64,000 bases of DNA from Guillardia theta CCMP2712 (taxonomy: Eukaryota; Protista; Cryptophyta): the NCBI RefSeq assembly GCF_000315625.1, contig NW_005434667.1, positions 1,133,474 to 1,197,473 on the forward strand. Direction: 5' to 3'. Shown piece after piece: positions 61,239-64,000 of the stretch. The notes under the pieces are model-generated. The model saw nothing but the letters and a program-made list of their open reading frames with translations, did not search any database and was not told the origin of the DNA. The position numbers were made by a program, and so were the translations under genes. How positions within the stretch are numbered: the stretch's first letter is position 1; every line of letters begins with the position of its first letter.

Positions 61239-64000
61239 ATGATAGACGAGAATAGCCATGGAAGCATTTCCGCGATAGCTGAAAGATGGAGATCGTTCAA
61301 TGTGCCTGCCACTCATTCGCCAAGCTCGTATGATTCGCAGAAAGGTGTTCTATTGCCACATTTGAAGGAAAAGAAAGCAGGCAATACCAACAAGACTGTC
61401 CGTTTCGAGGGAAATTTTGCCATCGCAACTCGGCATTTCTCCGAGCCTCCCACATGCCCGGATTCACCTCCATCTACGCCGAACCAACCCGAAGCTGGAA
61501 ATGGAGGCGACTTGTTGCTGACGGAGATCGCCAGGCAGACACTACCAGATGAAGATTTGGCGTCGGAGCTGAAGAAGAAAGAGGTCTCTCCTATGCTCAC
61601 TTTCAACGGCGACCCGGAAACTGCTAATTCCTCTCTCGTCTTCCTCGAACCCAAACAGTTACAGAAGTCCAGGCCACCTCCGTTGGAGCAAGGGTTCCAG
61701 CATGCGAAGAGACAACTGATGGCTGCCCCTGAGCTGTCTGACCAAGATGAGGTGTCTAACGAAGATTCTGATGAAGGAATCAACATGAACAGCCCTGGTC
61801 AAGTCGCTGAGACAACAGGCATCTTGTTAGAAAACTCCCCCATGGTCAGTTCACAGAAGGAAGGAAGGAAGCGCAAGGGACTGCGTAAACCTCCTTCCTT
61901 GAAGCTCTATCCCGTGCAGAAGGAAAGCCCCAAGGCAAAGGGAAAGCACGATCACAGGCAGCTCGTGCTGTTCGGCCTTGAGATCATGAACGACCTTCTT
62001 GCCGAAAGGGAGAAGGCGTCGAATCAGATTGACCGAAGAACGGATTCTTGGATCCGGCGGAAGGAGGAGGGGACGCTAACAGAGAAAGATTACGAAGCTG
62101 ACTTCGGGCGGAGGCAAGCGCGTTTCGTGCGCGAGGAGATGCTGGAGTCAAGGAGGTTCATCCACAAGGGATACGTGCACAGGTCCTCCAAAGAAAAGTT
62201 GCAGCGGGATCATGATGCGTCTGAAGAACGTCTTCTGATCCTCGATGGGATAGGAAACCTCAACTACGTGAGTGAGAGCAACTCAGGTAGTGCAGTCACC
62301 CTGTGCAACCTTCACTCCATCGTCGAGTGTCACGCGTTGGAAGACTATGATGGTGAAGGGCATTTTCCCTTCATGGTAGTTTACGTGGATAAGTCGGGGA
62401 GGATGGATGGGAGGGCAGAAGAAAAGAAGAATAGGAATACTCTTATGATAGATACTAGTGTTGACTCGGATAGGAAAGAGCTTGTCTTAGCCTCCCGGAC
62501 ACCGGAAGAGCGGATTCGATGGATGTGTCAGCTTACCTCAGCAACGCCAGCGAGATTAAAACCCAAGAACGAGACGCTGGTACTTGTCAGTGCTACCTTG
62601 CCTTCTTCTGACTCCCTGCAGTGGAAAGTTCAGAACACTTTGTTCAACGCTTCGAGGAAGATTGTGTCGGGGAACAGGAGGAGGTATATGGACGGCAAGT
62701 ACAACTTAGACCTCACTTACATCACCCCTCGGTGACCTTTGCCGTTGAATTTCAATCACAAAGAAAAAATTGATCGACTTGCTGTCATTGCAGTGTGATT
62801 GCCATGGCATTTCCCGGATATGACAGCATAGGTGCATGGCCTTCCTCTTCCTCCTCCGCTCCTGTTCCTCCTCGTCCTCCTTGTCCTGTTCTTCTTCCTC
62901 GTCCTCGTCCTCGTCCTCTGCTGCTGCTGCCTGCTGCTCCCACTACCCTCATGTTCTCTTCTCCGTTTGCTTCGTCTTAGGCTATTTCCTTCCTCCATCT
63001 CTAGCTACCTAACTTCGCTACTTCGCTTTGCAGGGGAATTTTCTCTTGCCGTTAGGAATGACTTGCGAATCGTCAAACAATTTCTGGACGAGAAGCACAC
63101 GGGGAGGTAGTTGTGATCGGGAGGGAAAGGAGGAGAGGTGCTAACTGACAGCATCAGGTATAAAGTTTACAACCTTTGTGTTGAGAAGAACTACAGCGCT
63201 AGCAAGTTCGACGGCAGGATGGAGTGGTTGCCCTGCAATGACCACCAGCCCCCCAGCTTGAGGCAGATGATGCGGTTCTGCTACAGGTCCCAACCCCAGC
63301 ATCTACCTCCCCCCCCCCCACTCCCCATCTTTTGCTCCCCCTCCCTGCTCCTCCTCCCCTGCTCTTTCTCTTTCCCGTTCTCTCCTCCTCGCTCCTCCTC
63401 AGCACTGCCTCTCCTCTTCTCAAACTTTGCGACTCTTAAAGCAACTCACCATCTCGCAGTGTACAGAAGTGGCTGCTGATGCATCCGGACAACGTGGTTG
63501 CCATCCACTGCAAGGGAGGCAAAGGGAGGACGGGACTCATGGTCTGCAGCTACCTCAACTTCAGCGGCTTCCTGAGCTCTCCAGAGGAAGCTCTTTCCTT
63601 CTTCCAGGAGAAACGAACTCTCAATCCCGAAGGCCCTCTTCAGGCATCCTCCTCCTTCTCCCGTATCACCTGAAATGCCACTTCAACGCCTCCTCATCGT
63701 TATCATTTCCTGTTGATCTCCGCCTGCTCCTTGTCCTACCTCCCATCGCTCCTCCTTCTTGCGTGTCTGACGGGGCTCTGAGCAGGGCGTGTCGGGAGCG
63801 AGTCAGAAGAGATATCTTGAGCTGTTCTCCGACGCTCTCACCTCCCGCATCGTCCAGAAAACTTTCCGCATCCTCCAGGTGGGCATGCGCGGCATGCCTT
63901 GTCAAGCTAACGGCCGCTGCAGGTTGTCGTGCACACAGTCCCTCGACTGGATGGGGTCAACAACTTCACGCCCGTGGTAGTGGTGAGGGCAGCGGGCGAC
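61239..64000 (+). CDS. PH domain + PTEN/TPTE/VSP-like phosphoinositide phosphatase; runs off the window edge
   Basis: PH-like segment: KGYVHR...RLLIL...LVLASRTPEERIRWMCQL. Phosphatase motifs: VSGNRRRY.DGKYNLDLTYIT, IAMAFP, YKVYNLCVEKNY, DHQPP, AIHCKGGKGRTG, QGVSGASQKRY. Confidence 0.9.

Overview
This is gene-dense eukaryotic nuclear DNA with many short (~40-55 nt) GT-AG introns and some longer introns filled with microsatellites. A bipartite plastid-targeting presequence (SLA|FQSP) points to an alga with a complex red plastid; the overall style resembles the cryptophyte Guillardia theta (inference). About 24 protein-coding genes can be reconstructed by hand, and boundaries of multi-exon genes are approximate. 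Recognisable housekeeping genes are SUV3 helicase, NAA10, an AFG2/SPATA5-like AAA ATPase, an EF-hand protein and a RING-H2 protein. The strongest candidates for undescribed systems are: (1) a stand-alone NRPS-like enzyme with adenylation-thiolation-ankyrin architecture; (2) a ~2,750-aa tandem channel of two 6TM-CNBD-ankyrin units whose pore loops both lack GYG; (3) a ~30-bp intergenic motif with five copies, two of which form a perfect 31-bp inverted repeat around a 527-bp element. Other unusual fusions are kinase-RhoGEF(DH)-TM, degenerate DSP-prolyl 4-hydroxylase head-to-head with a catalytically dead DeSI/PPPDE protein, PH-PTEN/VSP-like phosphatase, SPATS1-like with an inserted ubiquitin-like domain, LamG-ARM, and MORN with CxCH caps. 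There is one 100-N assembly gap. I recognised no RNA genes, CRISPR arrays or transposases. Family comparisons are recalled from memory; no searches were run.
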